Assembly: GCA_002269645.1 (NCBI GenBank)
Contig: NIVC01001325.1
Span: forward strand, 208,749-272,748
DNA length: 64,000 bases
Direction: 5' to 3'
Source of the DNA: Macrostomum lignano
Taxonomy: Eukaryota
How positions within the stretch are numbered: the stretch's first letter is position 1; every line of letters begins with the position of its first letter. Below are positions 47,541 to 64,000 of the stretch, piece by piece. Position numbers and translations under genes: made by a program. The notes beneath the pieces are model-generated. The model was not told the origin of the DNA, did no database searches, and worked only from the letters and a program-made list of their open reading frames with translations.

Positions 47541-48434
47541 GACGCGGTTTCTCGCCCGCTAACTATAACACTAATATGGATGGGCTGCATCAAGCCGAAA
47601 CGAGCTAGCACGCCTGAATAATAATATCATTCATCCATGCCTCTGCAGCCCATCAATATTGGTATATTACATAAAAGTCAATACAAGACGCCAACCAGAA
47701 ATCAGCAAAAATGATTTGCATATTGCGCAGGCAATCAAGCAGAGGCCTGCACTCTCTGATTTGCCTACGAGAGCAAGGATGAAGAAAACGCAAACAATGT
47801 CAACAATTTTATTTGCCAGGGAAAGTGAAACTGAGTAACCATTTTAGTGATATGCCGCGCGAATTAAAACAATTGAAAATAAAAAAAACTGTCAAAAATG
47901 TTCGCTAACAAGTTTAAGAAACGAATTTTCAACAGCGCAAATTTACATATGCAATTTGCTATTTTTCTCTTGTCTAAGTTCGAATCTACGGTTAGAGTGT
48001 AAGCGCTTGCCATTATGGTCCCCGCATTCATTTATTGCAAAAGCGAAAAGGGAGATCGGAATTTTTAAGGGCGAAAAAAGTTGCTGCAGAAATGACAGCG
48101 AAAAAGCAAGCAAAGTATCCTTTTTACCATGCAGAAGTTGCTAACAAAGAAGAGAAAACAGCTTAAAGACAGGCAAATGCTTCTCTCCCTCTAGAAGAGA
48201 AGCAATCAAAGGAAGATAGCTGCGCGTCATGTTATTGCTTTGGGAAATAAGGGGGGGCAAAGCAAAAATGAGCAGGTAATAAGGCAAATACTAGCAAGTT
48301 TCGAGAAGTTTTAGGACAAACAATCTAAAGGTAAGAAATTAATTAGGTCATGATGCGAATTGATGGGTATGGGGCCCTGGAAAGCGTGCGTGTAACTGAT
48401 AAAAGTTGATCCGGGAAAAGCGCGTACGAGAGGC

Positions 48435-49160
48435 ACATTGAGGGCAGGGGTTGGTTGGGGAAACAGGCGTACATTGAGGGCAGGGGTTGGTTGGGGAAAC
48501 AGGCGTACATTGAGGGCAGGGGTTGGTTGGGGAAACAGGCGTACATTGAGGGCAGGGGTTGGTTGGGGAAACAGGCGTACATTGAGGCCAGGGGTTGGTT
48601 GGGGAAACAGGCGTACATTGAGGCCAGGGGTTGGTTGGGGAAACAGGCGTACATTGAGGCCAGGGGTTGGTTGGGGAAACAGGCGTACATTGAGGGCAGG
48701 GGTTGGTTGGGGAAACAGGCGTACATTGAGGGCAGGGGTTGGTTGGGGAAACAGGCGTACATTGAGGGCAGGGGTTGGTTGGGGAAACAGGCGTACATTG
48801 AGGCCAGGGGTTGGTTGGGGAAACAGGCGTACATTGAGGCCAGGGGTTGGTTGGGGAAACAGGCGTACATTGAGGCCAGGGGTTGGTTGGGGAAACAGGC
48901 GTACATTGAGGGCAGGGGTTGGTCGGGGAAACAGGCGTACATTGAGGAGGGGCAGGGGTTGGTCGGGGAAACAGGCGTACATTGAGGGCAGGGGTTGGTC
49001 GGGGAAACAGGCGTACACTGAGGGGCAGGGGTTGGTCGGGGAAACAGGCGTACATTGAGGGGCAGGGGTTGGTCGGGGAAACAGGCGTACACTGAGGGGC
49101 AGGGGTTGGTCGGGGAAACAGGCGTACATTGAGGGGCAAGGGTTGGTCGGGGAAACACGC
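48435..49160. repeat. 36-bp minisatellite (~20 copies)
   Basis: Unit TGAGG(G/C)CAGGGGTTGGTTGGGGAAACAGGCGTACAT; explains five overlapping ORFs at 48311-49158. Confidence 0.96.
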
Positions 49161-49899
49161 TTTGAAGAGTAAGGGCTCCGGGTTGATCAGAGTTTTAACA
49201 TTTAACAGTGAGAAAACTTCATATTAAAACGTACAGAAAGGATGACATATTAACAAAAAGACGATTAGCTAACGATTGAAACAATGTTATTAACGAAGTA
49301 CAGGTAATAAACCGATGCAATATTGCAATATAAAAAACAGCGTCATTGCACTTGCTATTTTTACAAGTTATTCAAACAATGTAAGCATAAAAAACGGAAT
49401 GTTTTAATAGCAAATAGTATTTTGCACACTATCGCATCTAAATTCAGTGTACTAAAAATGATTTCACATCTAAGACTAAAGATTTAATAAATCGTTAAGC
49501 TTAAGCCATATCACACAAATATCAAATAACAACAGCTGATAGAACAAGGAATGTTGGGTATTGACAAAAGTAAAAGAAAGCAAAAAGCCGGCTAAGTAAA
49601 CAATAAATATTCTCACTATAAGTTCAGATGTTTAAAAACATTAAAAAGGCACAATGCAGCCAAATAAATAAAATATCAATTAGGACCATACCGATTTAGA
49701 TGGAATCATCACAAAGTTTTCTGTCTGTATGTAAATAGACTCTGTAGTTAAAAACTTTGTTAAATTGCACAGTGCAGACGAGAGAGCGCTGTTTCGTATT
49801 GCAAGAAAAATGATAGGATAAAAGTATAAAGCAAAAAAGATAAAATGGTCGAAAAACTTGTACAATTTAACGATCTAGGAGGAAGGGCTTATTAAGAGA

Positions 49900-50175
49900 G
49901 CGGGAGTACACTAAGGCAGAGTTGATAAGGGAGCGGCGAGCGGGTGTACATTAAGGCAGAGTTGATAAGGGAGCGCCGAGCGGGTGTACATTGGGGTAGA
50001 GTTGATAAGGGAGCGGCGAGCGGGTGTACATTGGGGTAGAGTTGATAAGGGAGCGGCGAGCGGGTGTACATTGGGGTAGAGTTGATAAGGGAGCGGCGAG
50101 CGGGTGCACATTGGGGCAGAGTTGATAAGGGAGCGGCAAGCGGGTGTACATTGGGGTAGAGTGAATAAGGGAGAG
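49900..50175. repeat. 40-bp minisatellite (~6.5 copies)
   Basis: Unit CGGGTGTACATTGGGGTAGAGTTGATAAGGGAGCGGCGAG. Confidence 0.94.
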
Positions 50176-50622
50176 CAGGTGCACAATAAGTCAAGACTGA
50201 AGACTGCACTACGGTGACTTTCAATGTAATTAAAAAATGAAAAAGACAATATCACTTAGTCCTTTCTACGTCGTAGTTGCACAATCAGTTGAATCATCAC
50301 ATGTTTGCAAAACATTATGTAAAATGGCAATACTTGCGAAAAAATTTGTTGATCGTATGCGACTTTTAATAATATTGCATATTACACACAGCGAATTGCG
50401 TAAAAATGAATAGAATAAAATCTTAACAGGAAAAGAGTGGCGATAAACTTATTAAACAGATTTTCCAGCGCCAACTAAAATATTGCAAAACAATAATATT
50501 TATACAACAAAACGCGACATAAAGTATAATTTAGTGGACTGGATTTCCGTCACTTGTTTGCACGCTAAAAAAAAAAGTAGGAGAAAAATAATCGGAATAT
50601 GTTGCAGTTTCAAGGCGACATC

Positions 50623-62609
<11,987 letters not shown>

Positions 62610-62709
62610 AATGCGGAGTGGCGTACTGTGCCGATGGGAAATTGCAGTGTATTAGTTTATAACATCGTGATAGACATTGCATTTATTTTCTCAATTATCT
62701 CAGGTTAGA

Positions 62710-63120
62710 ATAGGAATGTACATTAAATCTCTTCCCTCAACAGTGGCTAAAAAGTCGTCGCCAGAAAACTCCATAAAATGATCATAGTTCACTCGCGTGT
62801 GAGAGAGGAATGTACATTAAATCTCTTCCCTTAACAGTGGCTAAAAAGTCGTCGCCCAGAAAACCCCATAAAATGATCATAGTTCACTCGCGGTGTGAGA
62901 GAGGAATGTACATTAAATCTCTTCCCTTAACAGCGGCTAAAAAGTCGTCGCCAGAAAACCCCATAAAATGATCATAGTTCACTCGCGGTGTGAGAGAGGA
63001 ATGTACATTAAATCTCTTCCCTTAACAGCGGCTAAAAAGTCGTCGCCCAGAAAACCCCATAAAATGATCATAGTTCACTTGCGGTGTGGGAAAGGAATGT
63101 ACACTAAATCTCATCCCAGT
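62710..63120. repeat. ~95-bp tandem repeat (~4.3 copies)
   Basis: AGGAATGTACA recurs at 62712, 62806, 62902, 62997 and 63093. Confidence 0.93.
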
Positions 63121-64000
63121 CGTCCCTAAATAGAAGCTCAAAGTGGCTCCCACATAGAAATAAACCACGGGCGTGTTTTGAAAGAAACGTACTTATAAAG
63201 TTTTCTTAATTGTAAGGAGTCAGGAGCATAGTAATTAAAAAATGCACAAACCTGATGAACAGTCTTGCGTTGCTCAGTAGAGGTGTAACGCAGGTCGTCG
63301 AGTTGCTCACGCGAGTGACCCGTCATTATACCGTTACCATCTCGATGATGATAGCTAAAGTTTGTAGTTGGCAGTATGACTGAGCATACATCAATAAGAT
63401 AATGTCCCTAAATATCGGTATTAAGCTGAGATACATTACATGTACCCCGCATTCGTAAGCTGTCTCATTGACCACGCCTAAAATATTGCTTCGCAGTAAT
63501 AAATTGTACTGTTTATAGCTACAATACATGCATATTCTACACAAATTTGATATCGAAATAAAAGACCTTTTCGCATTGATTCTTGGCCCATCCCAGCCAA
63601 TCTAACTAGCACATAAGATTCGAATAGAAATCGCTGCGCAACCGAAAAATATCACGTGACCTCTTGCCCTAGCAGATCTGCGCTTTGCGGAAAAATGGTA
63701 GAATTGTACTAATACTCAATTATACAATCGTTTCTTATAACAATCTGGAGTTAGACAGGTTAAGATGAGAAATCCATCATAGGAATTCAGCGCTAGTACA
63801 GTCTTCTGAGCTTGATAAAGTGGTGAGCACGAGACAAGGGGAAATATCAAGTACTAAGCAGAGCGCCGACTTCTACATACCTATTAAATGTGTTGTTGAA
63901 TTAATTATTCATGCCCTCTATTCAGCTGACCACTGTAAACAATGTAGAGAGCTGGCTGGCTGTCACAGTGACAACAGGGCTGCAACTACACAGCTAGGTA

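Noticed and set aside
48311-49158. Five overlapping 176-272-aa ORFs
   Set aside because: Six-frame artefact of a 36-bp tandem repeat.

Overview
Eukaryotic (metazoan) genomic DNA with GC-rich exons, GT-AG introns and a different minisatellite in most larger introns. This architecture suggests a free-living flatworm such as Macrostomum (inference, no database check). Many listed ORFs are translation artefacts of tandem repeats. Seven protein-coding genes were assembled by hand. Four are tightly packed on the + strand: TMEM199/Vma12, an RRM-bearing periphilin (HUSH subunit) homologue, MIC13/QIL1, and a divergent PARG with a 400-aa insert. The others are a Prop1/unc-42-type paired-like homeobox gene (+), a delta-catenin/p120-family armadillo gene (-, ends in DSWV), and an atypical Rho-family GTPase nested antisense in a delta-catenin intron. 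Mobile elements: three copies of a tRNA-derived CORE-like SINE, a second tRNA-derived SINE, an internally deleted Tc1/mariner element, and two inverted ~300-bp MITEs. Each MITE carries a 64-nt degenerate copy of the 28S rRNA segment that contains the R2/I-PpoI target site. Best leads: the rDNA-carrying MITE, the probable pseudo-PARG, the nested pseudo-Rho, the RRM-periphilin, and a candidate trans-spliced operon in which MIC13 may get its start codon from the spliced leader. Comparisons to reference proteins and rRNA are from memory and need confirming by alignment.
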